DNA of 64,000 nt from Vicugna vicugna (taxonomy: Eukaryota): the NCBI GenBank assembly GCA_013265495.1, contig MU058009.1:2792001-2856000 (forward strand). The letters are read 5' to 3'. The notes beneath the pieces are model-generated. The model searched no databases. It had not been told where the DNA came from and was given only the letters and a program-made list of their open reading frames with translations. Positions 51,901 through 63,506 of the stretch are shown one piece after another (within the stretch, counting starts at the first letter, position 1; each line of letters begins with the position of its first letter). The position numbers and the translations under genes were made by a program.

Positions 51901-54900
51901 TTATGCTTTACCTGGCCGCGTGGGCTCCTGGGCCTCAGTGCAAAGGATGTGCCACTAGGGACGGCCCTCCGGAGGGTGAGCGCTCAGGCCACCCTGGTGA
52001 TTCACAGCTGGGCCAGGACCAGTGGGTGCTGTTTCAGAGATGGCTCAGTGACTCACAGCAAGAGAAATGTGATCAGCCTCACAGTTTGGAAGTATTAAGA
52101 GCAGGGCAAAGACGCAAATCATTTACAAACTCTCACTGGCGTTGCTTTTGCTTCTCCTTGCAAGTTTACTCTGTCCTGGGCCAAGTGTTCTCTGCCTGGT
52201 CAGAGGTGATTCTGATTCCTCCTTCCCTCCTCCGTGAGTGAGGAGTCTCCACAGCTACTCTCATTCTCCTGACCTCTGGTTGTGAATTCAACTCGGGCAC
52301 GGGCAGGAGAGGGCCACTTTCCCCTCAGTCCTTGACGGACACTCCTCGTCTGCTGTTTATCATAGAATTCATACGGGTCTCCACAACTGGTCTCTTGTTG
52401 GGGTGTCTCACCCCATCACCAGCCTCCACAGGCTTCAAGCAACCCCACAGCTGCACCCCAAGTGCCAGGAGCACTTCCGGTGTCATCCGTCCGCTCTGAG
52501 TACAGCCTCAAGTAGCTCCTCTCGAGTCTGGATAAATATGCTTTGCTTTGTCAAAAGATGAGCAATTTTACTTAGAAGTCTTAGTTGCACCTGGCCCGGA
52601 GTCTCTCAGTCCATGGCTTTCAAGTGTGGTTTCCTCCTTGGAAGCGGCCCTCCCTCCTGCCCTCTCCCCCACCCCCGAGTGGCCGCCCTCACCTTGGGTT
52701 TCTCCACTTCCTCGGCGGGCAGACAGCTGCCATCCCAGCAGAGGCGCCCGGGCCCGCAGGGCGTCCCGTCAGCCCAGGGCAGGCTGCCGTTCTTCGTGTG
52801 GCAGAGGAACTCGGTGCCGAACACGTGGCACCAGAGCTGGGCACAGATGTCCTGTGGGGAAGTGTTGGGGCAATGGCGGAAGCCCAGCCCAAAGATCTGC
52901 CTGCACTGCTCGTCCAGGCTATAGAGGGCCCTGCGGCCTGGGAGTTCTGTCGGGAGGGTCAGGGCCGAGGTGGGGGCATCCAGAAGACAGTCTCCTGAGG
53001 GTTGGAGGAAGCAGAGGAACAAGAGTAAGGGGCGGGTCCCCTCCTCCCACATCCCAGTCAGGGCTTCCTGGACCTTGATCTAAGAACTGTCAGTGCTCAA
53101 TCATCTACCTAAAGCTCATCCAGTTTTTGACCATCAGTAGTAGCAAGTTTTGTTTTTAAAGATTGAGTGTCTTTCGTTATCCAGAACATCTTATATGCAT
53201 TCACTGTTTACCTAGGGAATACCGACTAACTGTAGCACTATTCTACCTCATAGTATAAATGGGGATGTAAACGGGCTCTTAAAAATCATGGCATGAGAAT
53301 GAAGCCAGAGTTCTAATGTTTGGAGAATCAATTACTTTTGTATCAAGAATCAAGAATCAGTCATGCTTTCACCATTTTGCTCAAGTCAAGTCGTCTTCAC
53401 CAGGCATCTCTCCCCAGTCCTGGCGCTCACAGGGCCTGTCCCGCCTCCCTGCCATTTCCCTGGCATCCTATGGTCTGTCGCGCTAGTCAGAACGTCCCCT
53501 TCTGTCCTCTGCACCACACTCTTCCATTCCTTTGAGCTCTGCCGGAAGCCCCCTCCTCCAGACAGACCTTGTCAGACTACTTCCACCTGCTCTGGGGAAT
53601 AATCTAAGCTGGCCCAGAACTCAGGCTGCTGGAAGCTGGGCCAAGAAAGCGCATGCCTTGTGGCAGGGATGTGATCCCCGTGGCCGGGGAGGGTGGCTGA
53701 AGGACACAGCCCGAGTCTCTCCAGCCCTCAATGCCTGCGATGCTCTGTGAAGGGGTTTGGCCAGTGGCCGTGTTGGGAGGCTGGCCGGGCAGATCTCAGC
53801 TGCCAGCCGCTGGCCCGGGAGAGGTGGGGAGAGAGCCTGGGGACCTACCATGCCCACTGTCCAGGAGCTCGGTGAGGTACATGGCGCTGCAGGGGGACCA
53901 GGGCAGCGTCTTGTTCAGGTGGACGAAGAGGGGCGTCATCATGTGGTGCTTGCCCAGGGGCCCGAAGAGCCGCACGCAGGGGTTGGAGTCGTCGTGGGGC
54001 ATGCTGAGCACGTGCCCTGGGAGGACGGAACCCGCGGTCTGGCTGCCGCCGCCGCTCTGCGCCCTCCCGCCCGCTCCTCGTGGGAGCCCCGCCTGAGGGC
54101 GCTCAGAGGCTGTTCCAGGCCTTGCTCTGGGCCCTTCCCTCCCAGGGAGCTTTCTCAGGGTACGAGGAACACTGAGATCCCTTCATTTTTTGCCTCAACC
54201 TGTCCTGATTCGCATTCGCCTCGATGATTCACTCGCTAACGCGGCACTTACAAATGACCTTCCAGAATCCTCACTGCTTAGCTTGGGCGCAGCCTCTCGG
54301 CTCTACCTGAGCACGCGTTCTGTGTTTTGGCATTTCCCCAGTGACCTCTGATGCTGGCCCCGGACACTGTGTTAATATGCTGGCCTTGTGCTCGGGGCAG
54401 GGCTAAGGGGAGACAGCACACGGCTGCTCTGCACCCTCGCTCTGTGGAATGAGGAGGGGGCTGGCCAGGTCCCCGGAAGCTGGGCTGGCTGGACTTGGGA
54501 GGGCAGGTTCCCCGACCCAGCCCAGCACGTGTGGGCATTGGCGGGTGAATCTTACCGAGCTCGTGGGCCAGAGTGTAGGCTGCCTGCAGTCCCTCATCCT
54601 TGATCACAGAGCAGCTCTTGCTGGGGTCACAGATGGTGCCGATGTCTGCCACCCCCAGGGTGTCACACATGCCCCTCATCCCACAGAAGTTCTGCCCGGA
54701 GGACAGAGCGAGACGTGAGGACGGACACAGGACAGAAACTCTCCCTACTCCTGCCCACCCCGAGTTGAAGGAAATGTTTTAAGCCAAATCCCTATTTCTT
54801 CAGAAAGGCCACTTCTCTTTCTATGTCAGCATGTCCTCCGGCTGCCTGGGGCTCGGAGAGCTTGCCAGGGCAGGCAGGAGAGCTGGTGAGTGGTGAAGGG

Positions 54901-57900
54901 CGAATCCCACAGCAGGCCAGCTGGGGCTTGACAGCAGGTGCTGCCCCTGGGTGGCTGCTCAGTGCCTTGGTTTCCCAAGCTGAAAAGTGGGGCTGAAACC
55001 ACAGTACTCGCCTCTGGGTTGAACTACCATTACAAACGGACCCCCCCACCTCCAGTTCCAACTCGCCTCTCACTGTGCAGTTTGAGCCCATTTCCTTGTT
55101 ATGAGCTCAGCAGACAGCTGGTCACAAAGTTCTGGAAAAGAGCCCTCACGAGATTCCTCTCCTTCCCTTGCAAATACTTCACACTTGTCCTCATGACCTT
55201 CTCCTCCTCGTCCACACACCAGGCTCCTGGTGTCCAGCCAGGGCCAGCAGGGAGCCGGTCCCCCCCATCTGGGCAGCCCATAGCCCTCCCTCTGGCCCGC
55301 ACCTGCCTCCCTCCCTCCTTCCCTCCCTCCCTCCCCGGTTTCCCGAGGCCCGCGGACCAGTCTGGTGAGCAGGATGGCCGTGTCGAAGTGCTCCGGGTGC
55401 CGGTCACTGGGCTGGTTGAAATGCTGCTGCCAGCTGCAGAAGTTCCGCAGCGTGAGCCCCCCGTTGTCGGACACCATCGGGCCCCAGTACTCGTCTTCCA
55501 CTATCAGCACTTTCACCACCATCAGGTTGATGGAGTTCCTGATGCTGGGGTGCTTGTAGACGCGGGCTGCCACCGACATCAGTGTCAGGATGTGATTCTG
55601 CCGGCAGGGGGAGTGGAGAGTGAAGGGGAGGTCGCTCAGCCATGGCCCGCCCCGCCATCACCCGGAGCAATGCAGCCGCCTGTGGGCTGGGCTGGGCAGA
55701 GCATTGGTATAGAGCACCTCGAAGACCCACAAACCCCTGAGGCCCTGGCATCATTGCCCTTCATCGTACATATAAGAAATTCGCGGCCCAGTAGCTGGTC
55801 CACAGTTCCAGAGCTAATGAGTGTCCAGCCAGCGTGTGAGCCCAGAATGCCTGGCTCCACACCACAGCTTGTGCGTTTAACATCCTGACCAGCCACATGT
55901 GGCCACGGACATCTAAACCCGTTAAAACTCAAGGAAATAAAACCACAGCTCCTCTGCCACACCGGCCACATTTCCAGGGTGTCACAGGCATCTATGGCTC
56001 ATGGCTACTGTCCCGGGCCAAGCGGACGGCATCTTTATTTCCATCATCACACAGAGTTCTACTGGGCTGCACTGGTTATTTAGCCTTAGCGCTGACACCA
56101 GCTGTCTCCCTGCCAGTCCCCCGTCCCCACTCCGCTCTCTGCCCAGAAGCAGTTATCTGAGCATTCAAGGTTGGTAGAGTTCTCTCTTAGAATCCAGACG
56201 AGCCTTTCCCCAATGCCTGTTGGAGTAACCCCTACCCTTCAGGGTGGGAACCACTTTGCTCTGTCGCTCCTAACCACAGCTCCTCCATCCCAGTCACAGA
56301 ACGCACCTACGACATCTCATCAATTGCTCACAGTAACTCTGGGAAGCAGGGACTGTGATCCCCATTTCATGAGCGGGGAAGTGGAGGTTCACACACGTTA
56401 AATGACTTGTCTAAGGTCGCTCGGCTCTCAAAGCCAGGAGGCCAGCCCAGGCGCGTCTGTCTCCAAGGTCTACACTCTTCTCATGAACTTATGCTTGGCC
56501 CGTCGGCTTCTGCCTGGACAGCCCCGAAGGGTCTATTTCCCTCTGCTGGGGACGTGAGAGAATTGGGTGGGCCCAGTGGGACCCAGGCGCTCAGGCTCTC
56601 ACTGCTTCCAGTCCCACCAAGCCCAGCTGAAGGAGTCCACATCAGTGCTTGGTCTCTGTTCCATCCCTGGGCTGCCAGCTGCTCCAAGGCTTCGGGAGAG
56701 GCCAGACTGGGGCTCAGTCTCCTGCCTCGGGGACCTCTAGAAGCGAGTCTTCTTGGACGGTTTTGCAGAGCAGGAGATAAAGGGGGCAGAGGCATGCACG
56801 CCTTCCACCAGGATTGTGACCAGCTGAGCTGCCACTCACCGCCCTGCTCCCTGTTCCCTAGGGCACCACCTCCTGCGATGGATGGTGGGAGTGGAAGGAG
56901 GGGAAAGGAGGCTGAAAGGCTAGAGAGGGACATTCCATGGGTTGAGGCCATGTGAGGGCATTCCAGATGAATCCCATTATTTGTGAATGGGATCTGTCTG
57001 TCCACCTCGCAGGCAACGAGCCAGATATTTTGTAAGCCCTACAAACGGGTTGGCAGGTTACTTAGCACGTCAAGCACTCAGGCTATGTTTAGGCTGATGT
57101 AAACATCTTATCAGCAAAGCTGAAACTTGGCACTGGCTCCTGGAGTTGGATTCCTGAGGGAAACAGGCAATCACGTCATTATGCAATGAGAGGTGAGGGC
57201 TGAGGAGTGGCAGCCTGCTGGGGCTGCTTCTCCAGGTCTCCACTGCTTCTGGGGTTCAAAGAGTCTCCCGGTCTCCTGCCCCAGGAAGGGCCAGGGCCCA
57301 GCCCCTGGAACGTCTAAGACCACCTGCAGCTCTCCTCGCAAGACGCCTTCCCTTTGAGTCCCGACGTCACAATCTCAGAGCAGGGAGATGTCTTACAAAG
57401 AAGGTGTGACGACCAGAGATGCCAGCCGCTCAGCAGTGGGCCCTGAAGGCGCGGCCTACGGAAGTGAAGACCTGAGGTTTAAGAAAGGCCCAGTTCCCAA
57501 GCCACCCACTCAGACTGAGCAGAGACCATGCAGTGGGCACGTCCCCAGTGAAAACCGAAGGCACACAGTGAGAACTGTGTCATGAAGGACAGCGTGGGGG
57601 TGCTTCCCAGCACGGAGGTTCTCGGAGGCTCCTCCTTTGAGCTCAGGGAGCTCACAGCATCTTCTCCAGACACGGAGTAACTGTCGGGCTGAGCCAGCGT
57701 GAGAGCCGTTTCCCTTCAAGGCAGTAAGTGGACAGGAGGACAGTCGGAGGTGGTTCTGGCTACTTTTTCAGGAGATAGTTTCCATTGCAAGAGGGCTTCC
57801 AGGACGTGTGGCCCAGTGTTTCTCTGAAAGTCCCCTCCTCTTCTGTCTCACTGAGTTTCTGGGGACTGGAGCCCCACCATCCCCGCAGCAGCTCCTCTGA

Positions 57901-60900
57901 GGAGCAGTGGCAGGAGTTCCCTGGGGGAAGGACCTGCGCCTGGACAGGAGGGCGGCTGTGAGTCCATGAGCCCCCGCTTCTTGGCCCAGCTCCTGGGCCA
58001 GAAGGGCCGGCCTGACTTCCAGTCCCAGAGAGAGCAGGTCCAGAAGCCGGCTGGTCAAGGAGAAGGTCAGCTGGCTTGCTCCACCACCGGTGTCTATGTA
58101 CAGCTCTGAGCGCCAGCCCAGTGCGGGCTACTGGCTGCCAGGGAGGGGGCCCCTGCACAGCAGAAAACCTCCCATGGCCACGGCGTCGGGAGGATCAGAG
58201 CCCATGGCCAGCCTGGTTGGGTCGTCACAACCCTGCTCTCGGATGACCTGAGTTCTTGTGAGGGAAAGTTGGGCACTTTTCAGGGAGCCTCCTTCTCCAT
58301 TGGTGCCCCCAGGACCTGAAGGAGAGAAAAAATGCCCACCAGCTGGGCCGGGACATAGCGCTCTGATTCTCTGACATGCAAACAAGGCGATTCTTCGCCC
58401 GCAGCTCCTGCACAGCCCGGCCAGCCCTGGTAGGAGTCCGAGGGAGGCTGGGCCTGGGCCAGGCGTGCTCCCAGCAGTTCCTGCCCAGAACGTCTTCCCT
58501 CACGCTCTGCTCATCTGCTCTTCCCGCTGTGAGCCCAGTGCTTTCCTCGCTTTCCTCGCAGCGTGTCTGGGAGCAGCGGGGAGAGGAGGAGTGGTGACCT
58601 GGAAGCCCTGCCACCTCAGCAGCTTCCCCTTCTGGAAGGCTTGGCTCTGTGCTGGGGAGGAGGGGAGGGTGGGGGAGAAGCCAAGGAAGAGGAAAGGAGA
58701 GATGGAGAGGAGAGCCGGTCCTGCACGGATGTCCTTCATCCCTCCTCATCCTCCCAGCGGCAGGGCCGCCTCTCCAGAGCACACCCTTGCCAGAAGCACA
58801 GGGAGTCCAGCTCACAGTCTGGGCTGAGCGAGCTGAAGGGCAGGCCGTGGCCATTGCTGGCTGGCTGTGATGGCGTGTCAACACCCTGTCCTCCTGCTCT
58901 GACAACTGCGTCACCCGAGACAACTCCAGCGTAGCTACGCTTTGTTGAGCATCTACCATGTGCCAGGCCCTGGGTAGGGCACTTTCCATGTTTCTCTGTC
59001 TCCTCCAGGCAATGCCAGGGCGTCAGTGTAACTGTTAGGCTGCTGAAGAAACCGAGGTTACAGGAACTGCTAGTTGTTCAAAGTCTCTGCTCTTCATTGT
59101 GGCACTGACTGCCACCCAGCTTTGCTGCTGCAAGGAAAGTCTCAGTGGAGCCAGACAAACCCAAGGCGTGTGTGCAAGCAATCGAGGCTGCCCTGACAAT
59201 GTTACTCCAGAATAGGCCTAGACCGGGGCTGTGCTGGGCGAGCTGGGCCATGTGGTCACTTTCATACTGGGGCTTGTGGGAGACGTTCTCCCCAGAGGGC
59301 AAGCGTAAGGGGGAGATGAAATGGCTGGGACTTAGCCCTTCCCTGAAACAACTTGCTGGTGGCCTGAATCTTGGGACTCCCCTGGTCTTCTCTGGGGACA
59401 ATGAGTGCCGCTCCTTGGACCCTCCCTGCTAAGCGGAGTTCTGAAGCTTGCAGCTGATGCCCTGGCAGGACAGCCTTCCAGACCGAGTGTGGGGCACCGC
59501 TTAGCCCCACTCCCCCCTTTCCTGCTCCAGTTTCCTCCAGGGAACAGTTAGCAGCGGCCGGATGCAGACAGAGTTAATGGTCTCTTCCGAGGTGGTCTCT
59601 CCTTTCAGAAAGCCCCCTTTGTCTGAGCCCCTTAACTCTGAAACCAGATAAGAAGGTGGGAGGCAGGGCCCCTTCTGTCAAGGGATTAAGTGAACTCAAA
59701 TGTACGAAGTCTGGAAAACTTCCTTGTCGCTTAGCTTAGCGGCGAGACCAGCCTTGCACGCAGCTAATTCTTTCTCTCAGCCTCGAAGGCAGTTTCTTTT
59801 CAGGATTGGGCCTCCCTCCCACTGTGGTTGGACGTCTTCTTTGGGCTGCCGGGTTCAATGACCTATTCCTACAACATGGACGAGTGTCAGGGGTCTGCAG
59901 AGTCCCAGCCCCCCCTGGTGCTAAAGAGGCTGCAGGCAAACCGGCACTGCACTCAGGCTCAGGAGACCTCCAGCTGTGCGGCCTGGAGGGAGTCGCACGT
60001 CGCCTGTGACCTGCACTTCCTTCCTCTGCCCCCTCACAGGTCCTCACCGAGGTGATGTGTGTGAACTGCTCTGCAGATGGAACACACACCCAGGGTGGCT
60101 TCCCCACATGGCGCTGAACTTCCCAGAAGACGCATCATGAAGCAGCCTCATCAATGCTCAGATGAGAATCAACTACCTAGTCCAGGTGCCTGGCTTCGCA
60201 GGTGAGGAGGAAAGTCTTTCTTCGTCCTCATCACACACCCCCTGTTGCGAGACACCCCAAAGCACTTTCCATTTGTGTGAACGAAGTCTCCTGGAGACTC
60301 CTTGCAGACTTACTTGTAAAGAATTGGATTCTGTTTTGGGAGGTGGGTCTGGGCAGGCAAAGTCTCGGCGAACCCAGACTCGACGTCCACTCCTGTCTTG
60401 GCTGAGCTCATGGGCCAATTCAGGGAGTCCAGGGGACTGAGCTGAGAAGTTCGAGTCTATTCTGTGGCATCACCAAAGCTGGTGAGCCATCAGAGCAGAG
60501 AGGCCAGTGGGCAGTCATAAAAACAGCTGTGCCTCAGCCCCTGCCCCCTCCCAGTGTGGTGACGGCAGGATACAGGCAATGACGTAATAAGACCAAGGGG
60601 GAGGTGGCACACCACCCCCGGGAGAGGACCTCAGCCTTCACAGGGGCCTAATGCCTGTTCTGACTCCCTCTCCTGACCCTCAGGGGTTGGCTGGTGCAGA
60701 GGTGTGAGTCTGTGTCTGTGCAGGGGGAGCAGATGGGACAAGCATGTGCTTGGTCATCCAGCCAGGAGTCCCACGAGGGTGGAAGTGTTCCTGGGTGGCT
60801 CTGCAAAAAGAAAGCCAACTTGGCTGGTGCAGCCAGGCTGGGGCAGGACCCAGCCCAGCCCAGTGCTTTGCGGCTGGCAGCCCTGGACCCGGCACCGCGC

Positions 60901-63506
60901 ATGCCTGCTTTCACATGGCTCTGACGTCAGGAGCTGCTTGTGCGTGCTTAAGGCAAGTATGTGGTGTCTTAAGTGTCTGGGTGGTGAGCTGAGAGAGTGA
61001 GACGCTAGGAAGGACCTCAGGGAGGACGTTTGGCTCTGAAGACTGGAAAGCAGTGCCTTTCTCTGCTGCTTCTCTGTGTTCGTGTTGGCTTTCCTACCTC
61101 CTGATTCTTAGGCAGATGTCGGAGACGAGTACGTGCGTGGGAGGGGCTCAGCATGTCAGCTCTGGGTTTGCAGTGAATCAGTGAAAGTCCTTTCTGGTGG
61201 AGCCCCCGGTAGTTGGGTGTGGCCGCCCTCCCCTGAGATGGGAGAAGCCCCACCTTCCACCCTCTGGAGGACTTGTTTGGGGAAAAGTTGAAGAGAAGAT
61301 GGCTGGTGCCTCCTTCTGCTCGCGTGATGGGCAGGGAACCAGATACTCAATCCGCTCAGACCCGCAGTCCATGGGGCAGACCGCACCAATGGCGCAAAGC
61401 TGCCCCCCCACGCTGTGGGAGAAGCGAGCATCAGGGCAGTGTGCGGTGGAACCCGCCTGGGCTTTAACCAGCCCGGCAGCAGCCAGGGAAGCAGCCACAA
61501 GGACCGTTCACCCTGAGCTCTTCCCATCCTTCCAGCTAAGGTGCATTTCCCAGTGACTGCAGACTGAGAAACAGGAGGGCCGACCGCACCTCGTCTAGAC
61601 TACTCTGCACAGGTGATGCCGAAGCAGCCGGTGCCCCCAGCAGCTGGGCACAGGCTGAGCCTAGAACAGAGTCCCAGCCAAGACTGCCATCACCAAAAAG
61701 GCATCCACTGAGCTGCAGCAGTGGCCAAGGTGCCTGTTTCCAGGAACTGTGACCTCTGGGCAGGTCAGTTCATTTCCACCTGGTCTATCTCTGGTTCTGC
61801 GTTTCTCAGGGAAAGAGAAAGTGCAGCCTCTCCTGGAACGGCCTGGCTTCACCTGGCCCTTGGAGGATGACATATACACCTCCTGCTGAGTCCTCACCAC
61901 CTTTGAAACTAGTTGGAAACAGCCTGGCCACAGGAGCTGTCCCCTGGACTCCGTTTTCCTGCCCCAGCTCAGTAGAGAGCAGTGTCTGGGCAGAGCAGCT
62001 GGGGTGGACCAAGGATAGTTCTGGCTCCAGAAGGAACATTAACCAGAAGAGTTCACATCCCCACCCCCTTCTCCCTCCCTTTTCCACTGAAGCTTCAGTT
62101 TCCCGGGCTGAGCCCCCAGGCAGAAATCCTGTTCCCCTCCCTTCTTGTGCTGATGCTGGCACTGCCAAGTTCTGCCAGGGCTGAACGCCAGGTTGGCAAG
62201 GTGTCCGTGCCCCTGATCAGAACCAGCTGGGCGCACAGAAGTTGGGCAGCCCCTTTCCAGGTTCAACTCCCTGCAAACAATGTCTTTTACTTATGGCAGC
62301 CTCAGTTCTGCAGGCACAGGGAATCTTTCCATCCCAGCTGCCTTTCCTTGGGAGCCTCTCAGGTCTGGAGACAGTAGAGGGCTGAGAAATGGGGGTTGCG
62401 TGGATGTTCCTCCAAAATGTTCACTTATCATCTCCGTTGGGAGAGGCAGGTGTCTGGGGCGGGGGGTGCTTTAACCCACTTTCAGTTCGGGATGTGAGTG
62501 GTTGGGGTGAGGGGAAGAAGCCCAGGACCTCCGCTGTAAACTGGAAGGGACAGACTGGGAGGAGCAGTTGGTAGCCCAGGTGCCAGAGGTTAAGAAAAGA
62601 GTGACTTGACTGCTGCGCTCTCTCGGAAAGGAGAGAACCTTCTTTGGGGTGAGGAACGGGAAGGGTTTTCTCAGAAGGACTGGAAAGGGAAGACTCTGGA
62701 GACTCTGGGAGGTGACTGGGGCCTCCAGGCAAGGCGAGTCCTACCTGCAGGTCGGCTCCGTAGAACCGAGCCATGGACGCATCGGCCACCAGCAGCGTTT
62801 CCACGAAGCGAGCCTCAGATACAAACCGCTTGGTCCTACTCGTGGCGCCCAGTGTCGGTGGCAGCTCGCTGGCGCCTTCTGCCTCCTCTTCTTTGCTCTC
62901 CTCGTCCTCCTTCTCCTCCTGTTCCTCGTCCTCGTCCTCCTCATGCGCGTGGGCTCCACTCTCCTGCCTCTGCCCCTCTCCCTTCTCCACCTCCCACTCG
63001 GGCGCTCCGGGCAGGGGCTGGGCTTCGGCGGCGGCGCGCCCGGGCCCCCAGCGCTGCAGGCGGTGCGGCTGGTGCAGGGAGTCCCCCGCGCCCTGCGGCT
63101 GGATGGTGAACTCCTCGCCGTCCAGCAGGAAGGAGCCGCTCAGCCCGCGGCACAGGCTGAAGGCCGCCAGCGACTCGGGCTCCCCGTTCACCGTGCCGGA
63201 GAAGAAGCAGCCGCGCAGCTCCCGCTCGCCCCCGGCCGCCCCGCCGGAGCCCCCGAGGCGCTCGATCTTGAACTCGGGCGCCAGGAAGCTGGCGTCGGGC
63301 GCCAGGCGCAGCACGAAGCCCTGGCCGAAGGCGGACAGGTGGAGCGCGAGCTCGCCCGCGCCGCTCGGCAGCTGCGTGGGCACCACCAGCGCCGAGGCCG
63401 GCCCCCCGCCGCCGGGCCGGGCCGGGGCGCCGCGGGACGGCGGCGGCAGCAGGAGCAGCGGCAGCAGCAGCAGGAGCGGCGGCCACAGGGGGGCGGCGCG
63501 GGGCAT
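45332..63506 (-). CDS. ADAMTS8: ADAMTS8 (ADAM metallopeptidase with thrombospondin type 1 motif 8), full 9-exon CDS span: join of 63506-62745, 55597-55358, 54691-54556, 54016-53849, 52994-52693, 50598-50415, 48126-47954, 47827-47652, 45902-45332; 2712 nt, 903 aa
   Basis: Exons join in frame with GT..AG introns. Domain order: Leu-rich signal peptide, prodomain, furin site [10 protein letters not shown], reprolysin domain with [12 protein letters not shown] (Ser in place of the usual Gly, as in ADAMTS8), disintegrin-like, TSR1 ([17 protein letters not shown]), Cys-rich, spacer, single C-terminal TSR. Confidence 0.97.
47010..47180 (+). mobile_element. MIR SINE (intron 8)
   Basis: gctgtgacctg...gccttagtttcttcatctgtaaatggggata. 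Confidence 0.65.
47652..47827 (-). CDS. ADAMTS8: ADAMTS8 exon 8 (cysteine-rich domain end)
   Basis: Acceptor [33 protein letters not shown]...[23 protein letters not shown]; donor AG|GTGGGT; 176 nt, ends in phase 2. Confidence 0.95.
47954..48126 (-). CDS. ADAMTS8: ADAMTS8 exon 7 (cysteine-rich domain)
   Basis: Acceptor [18 protein letters not shown]...[32 protein letters not shown]; donor AAG|GTGAGG; 173 nt. Confidence 0.95.
50415..50598 (-). CDS. ADAMTS8: ADAMTS8 exon 6 (thrombospondin type 1 repeat 1)
   Basis: Acceptor [49 protein letters not shown]...EECPPD; donor G|GTAAGT; 184 nt. Confidence 0.95.
50787..50833. repeat. 24-bp tandem duplication in intron 5
   Basis: gctgctgaccccctgccctccct(c) occurs twice in tandem. 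Confidence 0.9.
50910..51122. mobile_element. MER20 (hAT-Charlie) in intron 5
   Basis: cagtggttctc...ggacacttggcaatgtctagag...ggttgtcacaact...tgctgctaaacatcc...aaatgtcgccagtgctgaggctgagaa. Confidence 0.85.
51387..51470 (+). mobile_element. tRNA-Ala(AGC)-derived SINE (camelid vic-1-like) in intron 5
   Basis: gggtatagctcagtagtagagtgcatgcttagcatgcatgaggtcctaggttcaatccccagtacctc plus A-tail; flanking direct repeats aaaataccactaccc / aaagtaccgctaccc. Confidence 0.85.
51597..51651. repeat. (TA)n/(TG)n microsatellite
   Basis: Directly visible. Confidence 0.9.
52693..52994 (-). CDS. ADAMTS8: ADAMTS8 exon 5 (disintegrin-like domain)
   Basis: Acceptor CAG|GA; DCLLDAP...[12 protein letters not shown]...[18 protein letters not shown]...EKPK; donor AAG|GTGAGG; 302 nt. 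Confidence 0.95.
53849..54016 (-). CDS. ADAMTS8: ADAMTS8 exon 4 (rest of zinc motif, Met-turn)
   Basis: Acceptor CCAG|GG; (G)[13 protein letters not shown]...HHMMTP...[17 protein letters not shown]; donor G|GTAGGT; 168 nt. Confidence 0.95.
54556..54691 (-). CDS. ADAMTS8: ADAMTS8 exon 3 (metalloprotease domain, start of zinc motif)
   Basis: Acceptor [51 protein letters not shown]; donor G|GTAAGA; 136 nt. Confidence 0.95.
55358..55597 (-). CDS. ADAMTS8: ADAMTS8 exon 2 (metalloprotease domain)
   Basis: Acceptor [36 protein letters not shown]...DTAILLTRL; donor CTG|GTCCGC; 240 nt, phase 0-0. Confidence 0.93.
55865..56074. mobile_element. MER3/MER33-like hAT-Charlie fragment in intron 1
   Basis: ccagccacatgtggcc...gccacatttc...atggctactgt...atttccatcatcacacagagttctactgggctgcactg. 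Confidence 0.65.
56310..56480 (-). mobile_element. MIR SINE in intron 1
   Basis: atcccatttcatgagcggggaagtggagg...ttaaatgacttgtctaaggtc. Confidence 0.6.
62745..63506 (-). CDS. ADAMTS8: ADAMTS8 exon 1 coding part (signal peptide, prodomain, furin site, start of catalytic domain)
   Basis: [20 protein letters not shown]...[31 protein letters not shown]; donor CAG|GTAGGA; 762 nt, phase 0. Confidence 0.95.

Noticed and set aside
53990..54016. Ser instead of Gly in the HExxHxxGxxH zinc motif as a sign of inactivation
   Set aside because: [12 protein letters not shown] is the normal ADAMTS8 motif; all three His and the catalytic Glu are present.
54938..55888. 316-aa + strand ORF
   Set aside because: Overlaps exon 2 antisense and low-complexity intron; non-ATG start, no homology I recognise.
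58225..58989. 254-aa minus-strand ORF in intron 1
   Set aside because: Starts in a MIR/L2 fragment, GC-rich low-information sequence, no domain or splice support.
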